DNA of 64,000 nt from an uncultured Acidobacteriota bacterium (GTDB lineage: Bacteria; Acidobacteriota; Thermoanaerobaculia; UBA5066; Gp7-AA6). How positions within the stretch are numbered: the first letter of the stretch is position 1; each line of letters starts with the position of its first letter. The stretch spans positions 14,573-78,572 of the forward strand of contig CAWEMP010000013.1 of assembly GCA_963810205.1 (NCBI GenBank), given 5' to 3'. The position numbers and the translations under genes were made by a program. Under the pieces are notes generated by a model. That model was not told where the DNA came from, did not search any database, and was given only the letters and a program-made list of their open reading frames with translations. This document shows, in pieces, positions 1 to 8,968 of the stretch.

Positions 1-509
1 AGCAGCAGCCTTGACGGGGTGCGGACGACGACAGTGACTTGGTGGCCGGCGGCTAACGCTTGGCGAAGCACGTGGCTACCGAGGGATCCCGTCGCGCCAA
101 AGATGATGAGGCGAGCCATGTGGCGCCCGGTGGGCCTATGGACAATCGGCGGCACGCTCAATGCGGCCTAACGGGCGGCGCGTCAGCGGCGAGCGAAGAG
201 CCGGAAGTGAAATCGACGTTTCTGCCCTCCTTCGCGAGTTGAGGCACGAAAGACTCTATCGCTTCGTCGCGGTTTTCCTCGCTGCCGTGATCGCGGCCCG
301 AAGGCCCTTCTTCTCCCGGATCGCCGCCGGCGCCAACTAATTCGGCCGATTCGGCGAGTTTTTTCACCCCCTCGATATGCGGGGCGACCCTCTGGGCGGA
401 GCGGCTCGGTGGCGGAGGTCCGACCACCCCAGGGGGGTGGCTACTTCGGCCGGTGACGCTGGAGCATCGACGCCGTGCGGTGCCCGGAGAAGTCCATCAT
501 CGCCGCTGA

Positions 510-1289
510 CTAGTGCGGTGGCCGGGTCGGCTTCGGGGTATGAGTTGGCTTCGGCGTACGGGTCGGCCTCGGCGTGTTTGTCGGCGGCGGCACCGGAGTG
601 TCAGTGGGGGTCGCTGTCGGCAACGGCGTGTCGGTCGGCAACGGCGTATTTGTCGGCAACGGCGTGTCCGTCGGTGTCGGCGTGGCCGTCGCCGTCGGCG
701 TCCGAGTGGGAGAAGGCGGTCCGATGGCCGTTGCTGTCGCCGTCGATGTCCGGGTTGGCGTGGCAGTCGGCGTCCGGCTCGCCGTGAACGTCGCGATCGG
801 GGAGGGCGTCGACGTGTGCGTGGGGGTGAACGTCAGAGTTCGACTCGGTGTGAGAGTCGACGTGGGCGGAGCAGACGGAATTGAGGTGACCGTCGGATTC
901 GCAGACGGCGTCCTCGTTGCCGACGACGCGGCCGTGGTCGTCGCCGTGGGCGCGCCGGGCGAGGCTGTAGGCGTTGCGCTCCCGGACGCGGGCGGTGCAG
1001 TTGCCGTGGCGGAGGGCGAAGTCGCCGGCGACACGGACACGAGCGGGGTCGGGCTGCCGGCGAGGGGCGTCGACGTCATGGACGGAGCTTGCGTCGGAGC
1101 CTCGGTACTCGTGAGCGGGGCGGTGGGGGGATCCTTGAAGCAGGCGATGCCGGGAAGCGCACTCAAGATGAGCAGGCAGGCCAACCCCGGCTGTACTCGC
1201 CCGCCTGTCGGGTGTTGGTTGCGCCCTCTTACCATGAGTCCGAGATCCACAGACGAGCCAACCAAAGCACCGCCAGCCGGGCCGGGCAA
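510..1289 (-). other. Pro/Thr-rich low-complexity ORF (possible secreted PT-repeat protein) over an imperfect tandem DNA repeat; the mirror + strand ORF is G/V-rich
   Basis: ORF table 510..1289(-) with an N-terminal hydrophobic stretch followed by long PT/PTAT runs. The DNA at 590-900 shows period ~18-21 repeats (ggcaacggcgtgtcggtc...). Cannot distinguish a real gene from a repeat artefact. Confidence 0.25.
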
Positions 1290-1741
1290 CGATGCGTTCG
1301 CATCGTTGGCCGATCCTACACCCCGGCATCCGCCCCCCGAAGATCACCTTCGGCTCGTCGCCGCTGCTGACGCGACCCCCGGTAAGCGGCAAACCGAAAG
1401 CTCTTGGGGCCCCGAGGTATTCGAGGCGACCCTTTGGGCGGAGCGGCTCGCTGGCGGAGGTTGGACCGCCCCCAGAGGTGTGGATGGGCTCGAGTCGATG
1501 ACTGTGCCCCTTTTTTGTGCCCCCTCTCGATCAAAAAGCATCGCACTCGGTAGTAGCGTCGGGAGAGCGGAAATCGCCGCAAGGTCCTTGAAAATCAACG
1601 TGTCTCGCACTCGGTAGCAGTCGGTAGCAAAACGCGGATTTCCTGCTGTTAACCGGTTAGCTCGCCAGCTTCTTCGCCGAGCGGAAGGTCGACTCAGGCT
1701 TGCGCGGCCGATTCTCGGCAGGTGACGAATGTCAGGCTCAG

Positions 1742-1773
1742 AAAAAAGGCCCTCTCCCGCGAGGGGAGAGGGC
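1742..1773 (-). terminator. Rho-independent terminator hairpin (GCCCTCTCCCCTCGCGGGAGAGGGC then U-tract on the minus strand)
   Basis: Seen in sequence: aaaaaaggccctctcccgcgaggggagagggc, about 75 nt downstream of the minus-strand transporter gene. Confidence 0.6.
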
Positions 1774-1847
1774 AGGATGAGGGACTCAACCCAGGCCTCC
1801 GAGTCGCGTTGCCACAACTTGCCGAGCAATGTATTGAGAAAGGACTG

Positions 1848-2693
1848 CTAGCCGGGCGACCCGGCGCCGGCTGCTCGCCCTCGCCACTTGAGGTAGGGGA
1901 TGGAGACGGCCGCCGAGGCGAGGGAATACGCGAGGACGAGGGCGACGGTCTTCGGCCCCGGCACCGTCGAGGCCGCCAGCATGGCGATCCCCACATGTCG
2001 CGAGGCGCAGGAGATGGCGAGCGCCGTGCGGTCGGAGGGGTCCGGTCCCCCGAGCACGTGCCCGATCGCCAGGGCCACCGCCGTCATTCCCGCGAGCGCG
2101 AGGAGCGGGCCCCAGCCGACCTCGACGAGCAGGCGCCAGTGAAGCGCGAGCAGGGTGAGGCCGGCCACGAGGAGGGCGGCGCCCGCCACGCCGAGGATTC
2201 GCTCGGACAGGCGCTCGGCGACCTTCGAGAGCGGCCACCGGAGGAGCATTCCCACGACGAGTGGAGCCAGGAAGGCCTTCGCGATGATGAGAGCCACGGC
2301 GCGGGGCTCCACGGACGCTTCCCGGCCGAATAGCGGGCCGAGAAGGGCCAGCCAGGCGGGCACGACCACGACGGCCAGGAGCGAGGACGTGACGACCAGG
2401 CTGAAGACGTAGCCCTCCCGGCCGATCTTCATCAGCTTCTTCGGCAGCAACGGCGCTCCGGCCGAGATGGCGAGGACGAGGATCGCGGTCTTCACGGCGA
2501 CCCCGAGTGGCAGCATCTTGGCGACGAGCAGGGCGACGAGAGGCACCGCCACGTACATCGCCAGGAGCGAACGCAGGAGCTCCTTCGGGCGCCGCCAGAG
2601 GTACATGAGGTCGGCGGGCGTCGACCCGAGGCCGACGGCGAAGATCAGCGTCACGATCGAAAGCTTGAGGACGAGGAGCAGGTTGGCCGTCAT
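1848..2693 (-). CDS. Polytopic membrane transporter, bile acid:sodium symporter (BASS)/SBF-like
   Basis: 281-aa ORF, about 9-10 hydrophobic helices, composition typical of the BASS/AEC superfamily. Intact. Confidence 0.6.
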   Translation of the reverse strand: MTANLLLVLKLSIVTLIFAVGLGSTPADLMYLWRRPKELLRSLLAMYVAVPLVALLVAKMLPLGVAVKTAILVLAISAGAPLLPKKLMKIGREGYVFSLVVTSSLLAVVVVPAWLALLGPLFGREASVEPRAVALIIAKAFLAPLVVGMLLRWPLSKVAERLSERILGVAGAALLVAGLTLLALHWRLLVEVGWGPLLALAGMTAVALAIGHVLGGPDPSDRTALAISCASRHVGIAMLAASTVPGPKTVALVLAYSLASAAVSIPYLKWRGRAAGAGSPG

Positions 2694-2750
2694 GGGCAGT
2701 TCCTCCGGATCAGTCCGCGATTCTCTTGGGCGTCGAAGGCCGGTGTCCCT

Positions 2751-4988
2751 CTACTTCTTCAAATAAGAAATCTTCGTCGTGCCGATCGTCCCGTTGAAGG
2801 CGAACGGTGCCTGGTCGAAGTAGTCGAGCGAGACCGGCGAATCCAGATCGCGACCGAGATCGAAGGTTGCGTTCGATGTGAAGTGGAGCGACATGGCGGC
2901 CGGCACCTGGCCCTGCCCCACCACTGCGCCATTCACCTTCAGGGTGACGTTCATCGGGCCGCCGATGCCTGCAACGAGCTTCGATTCGACCTCGACCTTG
3001 ACTTTGCCGGTCGGCAGCTTCTCCCGGGCCTTGATCTTCGTGCGTTGAACCTCGAACAGGTTGAACTCGTAACTGAGGATGCCGTCCTTGACGTAGCACG
3101 CGACGCCTCCGGAGAAGCCGGCCAGCGCGTACAACACGCCGTTGGCATTCGGCGGCACGTCCAAATCCATGGTCACGAGGCTGTCGACCTTTCCGAGCTT
3201 GGGGGCGGCGGACTCGGGCATTCGGGTCATTGGACCGTCGAACGTCCATTCGGTGAGGGACGAGGCGGGGGCGTCCTCCGGATGGAACATCGCCGTAGAC
3301 CACATGCCGCCGCCGATGGGGAGGTTCTTGTTCTTCGTGGACTCGAGAAGGAACAGGTCCTTCATCTCCTCGAGCTTCTGCGGATTCGCAGCGCCGAGGT
3401 CGTTCGCCTGGCTCCAATCCTCCGTGATGTTGTAGAGCTCCCACTTGTCGGTGAGGGGGGACCACTCTTTGATGCCTTTCGGCATGCCGCCCACCCACGG
3501 CTCACGCGGGCCCGGGGCGCTCGCGAACCAGCCGGCGTCGTAGATCCCGCGGCTGGCCATGATGTCGAAGAACTGGGTCTTCCGCGTCCCCGGCGCTTTG
3601 GGATCGCCGAACGCGTAGACCATGCTGACGCCGTCGATCGAGTCCTGCTCGAACCCGTTCACCACCCGGGGCGGAGTGATCTTCGTCAGCTCGTAAATCG
3701 TCGGAACGATGTCGATCACGTGGTGGAACTGCGGCCGGGCGGTCGGTTCGGCCTTGATGCGACTCGGCCAGGCGACGGCCATGGGCTGGCGGATGCCGCC
3801 GAAGTAGGCCCCCATGAGCTTGGTGCCCTTGTACGGGGTGCTGCCCGCCCACGCCCATCCGGCGTGGAACATGTTGTCGGTCTTGGGGCCGCCGAGCGCG
3901 TCGAGGCCGCCGAGCTCGTTCAACGCCTCGATGTGTTGCGAGATCCTTGTCGGAATCCCGTTCTGCGCCAGCTGCTCGCTGATGGTTCCGTTCAAGCCCT
4001 CGGAGGAGGATCCGTTGTCGCCCCAGATGTAGAAGATCAGCGTGTTGGCGAGCTTCCCCTGCTTCTCGATCTCGTCGATGACCCGGCCGGCGTTGTAGTC
4101 GGCGTGCGCGGTAAACCCCGCAAAGACCTCCATCAGACGGCGCTGGAACGGCCTTTCGGCCTCGGGGATCGAGTCCCAGGAAGCCATGGAAGCGGGGCGC
4201 GGCGTGAGCCGGGCGCCCTGGGGGATCCAGCCCTTGGCCTTGGCCCGCGCGAAGACGCGCTCGCGGTACTTGTCCCAGCCGTCGTCGAACTTGCCCTTGT
4301 ACTTGTCGGCCCATGCCTTCATGACCTGGTGCGGGCCGTGCGATGCGCCCGGCGCCCAGTACATGAAGAACGGCTTGTCCGGTGAAAAGGCCTTCTGTTC
4401 GCGCAGCCAGTGGATCGCGTCGGACGCGATGTCGTCGGTCAAGTGGTAACCCTTGGCGAGCTCCTCGGTGACCTGGGTGGTGTTACGTGTCAGGGTCGGC
4501 TCGTACTGGGAGGCCTCGCCGGCCAGGAACCCGTAGAAGTACTCGAAGCCGTAGCCGGTCGGCCAGTAGTCGAACGGACCCTTGGACGTGATCTGCTCCT
4601 CGGGCGTGTTGTGCCACTTGCCCCAGGCCCCGGTGTTGTAGCCGTAGTCCTTGAGCACTTCGGCGACGGTCGCCGACGACTTCGGGATGGTCCCGCTGAA
4701 TCCGTCGAAGTCGTTGGCAATGGCCGAGATCTGGCCATTGCCGACCCGGGTGTGGTTCCGTCCGGTCAGGAGGGCGGCTCGCGTGGGCGAGCACATGCCC
4801 GTGGAGTGGAAGCGATTGAAGGAGATGCCCATCTTCGCCACGCGATCGAGCGTCGGCGTGTCGATCTCACCGCCGTAGGTCGAAGGCGTGCCCGGTCCCA
4901 CGTCGTCCATCAGGATGATCAGGATGTTCGGAGCTCCATCGGCGAGATGCTTCGGTTCGACCCGCTTCTTGTAGGTGGAATCCTTCAT
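2751..4988 (-). CDS. Arylsulfatase (alkaline-phosphatase superfamily) with long C-terminal extension
   Basis: 745 aa; has the signature CSPTRAALLTGR (formylglycine target) and the LIILMDDxG sulfatase N-domain. The C-terminal ~150 aa is shared with the other sulfatase copy in the window. Confidence 0.9.
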   Translation of the reverse strand: MKDSTYKKRVEPKHLADGAPNILIILMDDVGPGTPSTYGGEIDTPTLDRVAKMGISFNRFHSTGMCSPTRAALLTGRNHTRVGNGQISAIANDFDGFSGTIPKSSATVAEVLKDYGYNTGAWGKWHNTPEEQITSKGPFDYWPTGYGFEYFYGFLAGEASQYEPTLTRNTTQVTEELAKGYHLTDDIASDAIHWLREQKAFSPDKPFFMYWAPGASHGPHQVMKAWADKYKGKFDDGWDKYRERVFARAKAKGWIPQGARLTPRPASMASWDSIPEAERPFQRRLMEVFAGFTAHADYNAGRVIDEIEKQGKLANTLIFYIWGDNGSSSEGLNGTISEQLAQNGIPTRISQHIEALNELGGLDALGGPKTDNMFHAGWAWAGSTPYKGTKLMGAYFGGIRQPMAVAWPSRIKAEPTARPQFHHVIDIVPTIYELTKITPPRVVNGFEQDSIDGVSMVYAFGDPKAPGTRKTQFFDIMASRGIYDAGWFASAPGPREPWVGGMPKGIKEWSPLTDKWELYNITEDWSQANDLGAANPQKLEEMKDLFLLESTKNKNLPIGGGMWSTAMFHPEDAPASSLTEWTFDGPMTRMPESAAPKLGKVDSLVTMDLDVPPNANGVLYALAGFSGGVACYVKDGILSYEFNLFEVQRTKIKAREKLPTGKVKVEVESKLVAGIGGPMNVTLKVNGAVVGQGQVPAAMSLHFTSNATFDLGRDLDSPVSLDYFDQAPFAFNGTIGTTKISYLKK

Positions 4989-5173
4989 CGTCAGCCCCGC
5001 GGTGGAGCCGGACGGCGCGGGCGCGAAGGGCAGAACCTCCTGCGCCTGTGCCAGCTAAGGCGCTCAGCGCGAAGCCGAGAACGGTCAACGGGACCCCCGT
5101 CATGGCTTTCGTCATCGCTCGATCTCCAATCGTCTCGACCCGCGGGTCGACCTCGTCGGCTTTCGGTGCTTCG

Positions 5174-6092
5174 TCACTCGGAAAGAATCAGGATCTCGAC
5201 CCGCCGGTTCTGGCCCCGGCCCTGCTCCGTCGAGTTGTCTCCGACGGGGTCGGATTCTCCGCGCCCCGAGGTCTGGATCCGGGCGGCATCGACGCCGTGT
5301 CGCCACGAGGTATCCCTTCACGGCTTCGGCCCTCTTCTCCGAGAGGGCCTGGTTGTACGCGTCGCTGCCGATGCTGTCGGTATAGCCAACGAGGGAGATC
5401 TCGTAGCCCGAGTACTTCTTGACGAAGTCGATGGCCTTCTGCAGGTCCGCGTCGTCCGGCTTTCTCACGGTCGCCTTGTTGAAGTCGAAATTGACGTGGA
5501 GCGTCAGGCGATCGACGACCGTGGCGGCCACGGTGACCGTCGCGGATGCATCGCGGGATCCGCCCGCGCCGAGCGCGGCGATGCGGTATTGCGTCGTGCG
5601 ATCGGGGCAGACCTGCCGGGAGCCGTTCAGATCCACCTTTCCGACTCCCTGGTCGATCGAGACGCTCGAGGCGTTCGACGAAGACCACGTCAGCGTCGCG
5701 CACTGGCCTTGCTGGATCGAGGCCGGGCTCGCCGAGAGGGACAGCGTCGGCGCAGGCGCCGGCGGCTGGACGGGAGCCGGTGCAGGCGCGGGCCGGGCTT
5801 CGGCGACGACCCTGGGCGGGCACAGGCCGTTGGCCTTGTCGATTGCCTCCTTGGCCAGGGCGATCGCCTTCGTCGTATCGCAGGACTTGCAGAGTGCGTA
5901 CGCCTCGTCCTTGAGCTGCTCCGCCGCCCTGAAATCGTCCGGGCACAGCTTGTCCTTGCCGGCCTGCCTGGCGGACTCGACGGCCTGGTTCGCGTTGATC
6001 ACCTCCGTCGGATAGGAACATCCGACGAAAGCGCTCACGAGAACGGCACAAGCCATCGTCAGCAGCGAGCGCAGCGTCTTGAGTTTCGGCAT
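5174..6092 (-). CDS. OmpA-family lipoprotein, paralog 1 (frameshifted near C-terminus)
   Basis: Lipobox LVGC, a Cys-rich helical domain, a PAPAPAP linker, an Ig-like domain and an OmpA_C domain. The true C-terminus (GVDAARIQTSGRGESDPVGDNSTEQGRGQNRRVEILILSE) is in the third frame, so there is one indel near 5290. The ORF table splits it as 5112..6092. Confidence 0.7.
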
Positions 6093-6119
6093 CCTCGACT
6101 CCTTATCGTTTCCTGCGGC

Positions 6120-6551
6120 TCACTTCATCCCGAACACGGTCACGTCCGCCTTGCCCTTCCCGGATCCCTTCGTGTCGTACCAGAAGTCGATCCGGCGGAT
6201 GCTGCGCGTGCCGACGCCCTTGAGGTCGATCACGCGGCTCTCCCCGCCCTGGGGAATGTTCTGTCGCACGTCGATCTTGTCGGGCTGGCCGTTGTCGTAG
6301 GTGACGACCATGTGCTGCATGTTCAGGGGCGCGTCGGTCACCTTGAACTTGATCCGGCGGAAGTTGTCGAACGGTCCCTCCACGACGATCCCGTCGTGGT
6401 CCGCCGAGTGGCTGGCGTGCGTGGTTCCGATCATGACCCAGGATCCGGCGGGCGCGGCGTTGGGCTGGACGTGCTTTTGCGCGAGGACGGGGGCGACCCA
6501 GGCCAGGGCGAGCGTCGCCGCGGCCGCCAGGATCTTGATTGTTCTCTTCAT
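6120..6551 (-). CDS. Small secreted protein (signal peptide; DUF2541-like all-beta fold suggested)
   Basis: ATG at 6551 preceded by GGGAGGAAACA. Signal peptide MKRTIKILAAAATLALAWVAPVLA. 143 aa. Confidence 0.6.
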   Translation of the reverse strand: MKRTIKILAAAATLALAWVAPVLAQKHVQPNAAPAGSWVMIGTTHASHSADHDGIVVEGPFDNFRRIKFKVTDAPLNMQHMVVTYDNGQPDKIDVRQNIPQGGESRVIDLKGVGTRSIRRIDFWYDTKGSGKGKADVTVFGMK

Positions 6552-6564
6552 TGTTTCCTCCCTG

Positions 6565-7092
6565 CTACGGATGGCCGACGACCATGTAGGTGACCGAGGT
6601 CCCGGCGTACTGCGGCTGATACCAGGTCGAGCCGCACTGCTGATAGGCGATGCCATTGATGACGGTCGTCATGCAGCCCACCGGGGGCGTGTTGACGATG
6701 GAGCCGATGACGGCCGCGGTGACCATCGTCGTCGCGGTGATGGCGGCGGCGGTGGCGATCGGGTTGTCGTTGAAGCAGCAACCGTTGTTGTAGCCGTAGC
6801 CATGGTGGTGGTCGACGTCCACGTCGATGTCGATGTCCCGGTCGACGTTGACGTTGGTGTTCCGATTGACGTTCTTGTTCTGGTTGACGTTGACGTTCTT
6901 GTTCTGGTTGACGTTGGTGTTTCGGTTCTTGTTGTCGTTGCGGCTGCCGGCGTTGTTGACGCTCGACTTGGCCTGGCTGCGAGAGCCTCCGCCCCCGCCG
7001 CCCGGCTTGTTCGGAAGGGCGAGACCGGTCGCTGCCGCGAGAAGAGCCGTCAGGAAGGCTGCGATCGTCTGTCGAAAAATGACTTTGTTCAT
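6565..7092 (-). CDS. Secreted low-complexity protein with N/V/K repeats (NKNVNVNQ...), a DIDIDVDVD acidic run, a HHH motif and a Cys-containing C-terminal domain
   Basis: ATG at 7092 preceded by GGAG. Signal peptide MNKVIFRQTIAAFLTALLAAATGLA. The DNA carries a 24-bp tandem repeat, gttcttgttctggttgacgttgac, on the + strand. Confidence 0.5.
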   Translation of the reverse strand: MNKVIFRQTIAAFLTALLAAATGLALPNKPGGGGGGSRSQAKSSVNNAGSRNDNKNRNTNVNQNKNVNVNQNKNVNRNTNVNVDRDIDIDVDVDHHHGYGYNNGCCFNDNPIATAAAITATTMVTAAVIGSIVNTPPVGCMTTVINGIAYQQCGSTWYQPQYAGTSVTYMVVGHP

Positions 7093-7102
7093 GTCGCTCC
7101 TC

Positions 7103-7878
7103 TCAGTTCGCGCCGGCCGTGCCGGTGACATTCGCGAAAACGATGCGTTTGGCGTCGGGGGGGGCGTCGAAGGTGAACGCCGCCTCGTTGAAGGACGGCG
7201 CGAGGTCCCAGGTGTAGACGGCCGAGTACTGCGGCCGCGCCTCGTCGGTCGTCGTCGTGATGACGAGCTTGCGCGGCAGCGGGAAATCTCCACGCTGGAT
7301 CCAGATCTGCCAGTCGAGACCCTCCTGGCGGAACGCGTAGTGCTCGCACGTGGTGCCCTGCACGTCGCTCGGGCCGGCGTTCGCCGCCGCGACAATGGCG
7401 CTCGAGTTCACCCTCTCGGTGCCCCACCAGAAGAGATCTTCGAGGGGAAGCTCGATGTCGTACTTGTCGGCGAGCACGCCGGCGAGCTGACCGATCGTCG
7501 CGGGCGCCGGAACCGTGGCGTAGTACTGGATCGCCTGGCCGTAGAGCGTGAAGGTCTTGCCGTCGTAGAGATAGAGCCGCTGCTTCTCGCCGTTCACGGT
7601 GTCGATCCTGCAGGTGCGAGGGGAACTGGGCGAGGATGTCGACCTTCCCGTCGCGCTGGACGAGCAGCCCGTCGTCGAGCACCTTGTCCCGTGTGGTCTT
7701 CGCCGTCACCCGGAAGGTCTTGACGGTCCGCAGGTACGCTCCCATCCGGTCGAGCGCCGCGACCGCTCCGGGGTCGATACCGGCGCGACGACGTCGCGGC
7801 CTGCTGCGCCGAAGCCGTGCCCGCGAGCGCCATCAGAAGCGCGGCGGCAAGCGCTGCCTTGTATTTGCCGGAGTTCAT
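7103..7878 (-). pseudogene. LolA-like/DUF2092-type periplasmic protein, disrupted by two frameshifts
   Basis: The signal peptide MNSGKYKAALAAALLMALAGTASA (ATG 7878), the middle (MGAYLRTVKTFRVTAKTTRDKVLDDGLLVQRDGKVDILAQF) and the C-terminal 164 aa (7103..7597) lie in three different frames. Confidence 0.5.
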
Positions 7879-7974
7879 GACGTTCTCCTCATGGATTCCT
7901 TCATTGCCAGTCCTCCTCCGTGCGCGTCCCGCCCCGTTCCGAGCGGTTTGCGCGTCCAACCGTTTCGATTCACT

Positions 7975-8920
7975 TCAGAATGCGTATGTCATTCGGGCCC
8001 GCCACATGTTTCCGCGGGCGTTTCCGCTCTTGGCGAAGATGGTTCCGTAGGTGACCTGGAGCCCGAGGGGCCGGCTGAGCTGAATGCCGAGGGTCCCGCC
8101 GCCGCCCAGCTGCTCGATCCTGTTGTCGTCGTAGACGCCGTCGGAGGTCGTCGCGCCGCCGTACTGGCCGCGCAGATCGAACGAGAGCCAGAACATCTTG
8201 CGTGAGGTTGTGCGAGAGGTGAGTCTCGAGGACCCACAGCGGATTCTGGCTTCGCACGGTCCCCGGTCCGGACACGTCCGTGTTGTCGGTGTAGAGGTAG
8301 ACGTTCGGGTTCGCTTCGAGCCAGAACGGATCCCTGGGGTCCCCGAACGGCACCACGATCGGCGCCCCCACCCGGAACATCCATCGGTTCGTGCCGAGGT
8401 TGATGAGCCGGTCGCTGTCGTAGTCGCCGAGCGGCGGCATGACCCCGACCAGTCCGTAGACCTGGAACGTCTGCCGGTGCTTCACGAACTCGGCAGGTTC
8501 GAGGGCGGGCGCTCCGAACAGGCCCACTCGGAGGGCCACGTAAGGATCCGCGAATCCGGAATGCGGCCTCACGTTGACCGTTGGAACCCGCCTCGGGGGT
8601 GGGCAGATCGAGGGTGCCGCTGACGCTGCCGAAGATCGGGCTCGCCCAGAGCTCGGCGATTTGCCCACCGATGCAGAAGAAGTGGAGGTAGCTCAAGACG
8701 CCGATCTGGCTCCGGATGTTCGAGTTGCGGATCTGGATGCTCTGGGTGAAGTTGTAGTTGCTCGAGATGTCCATGTAGGTGGGAACGAGGAGGTTCGTGC
8801 CCGCCGGGGCCGGCAGGTAGGTGTGAGCGCCTTCGCCCTGGGCGAGGATCCGGCCGGGCAGCAGCAGTCCGAGACCGAGCAGCGAGCAAAACCGGAACGG
8901 GAACGCGACGATGCATCATC
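7975..8920 (-). pseudogene. Outer-membrane beta-barrel of the MetA/phenol-degradation-pathway transporter family; at least 2 frameshifts
   Basis: Fragments across frames are homologous to the intact paralog at 62382..63329 (LINLGTNRWMF..., C-terminal ...RMTYAF). Adjacent to a sulfatase, like that paralog. Confidence 0.5.
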
Positions 8921-8968
8921 ACTCCCGTTCATCCCCTCTTCCTGGGCAGCCGCTGGCTGAGCACTACT

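Noticed and set aside
574-1617. 347-aa G/V-rich plus-strand ORF
   Set aside because: Mirror frame of the PT-rich minus-strand ORF over the same DNA repeat. No independent support.
4410-6593. 727-aa plus-strand ORF
   Set aside because: Antisense to the sulfatase and OmpA-1 genes. Arg/Gly-rich shadow.
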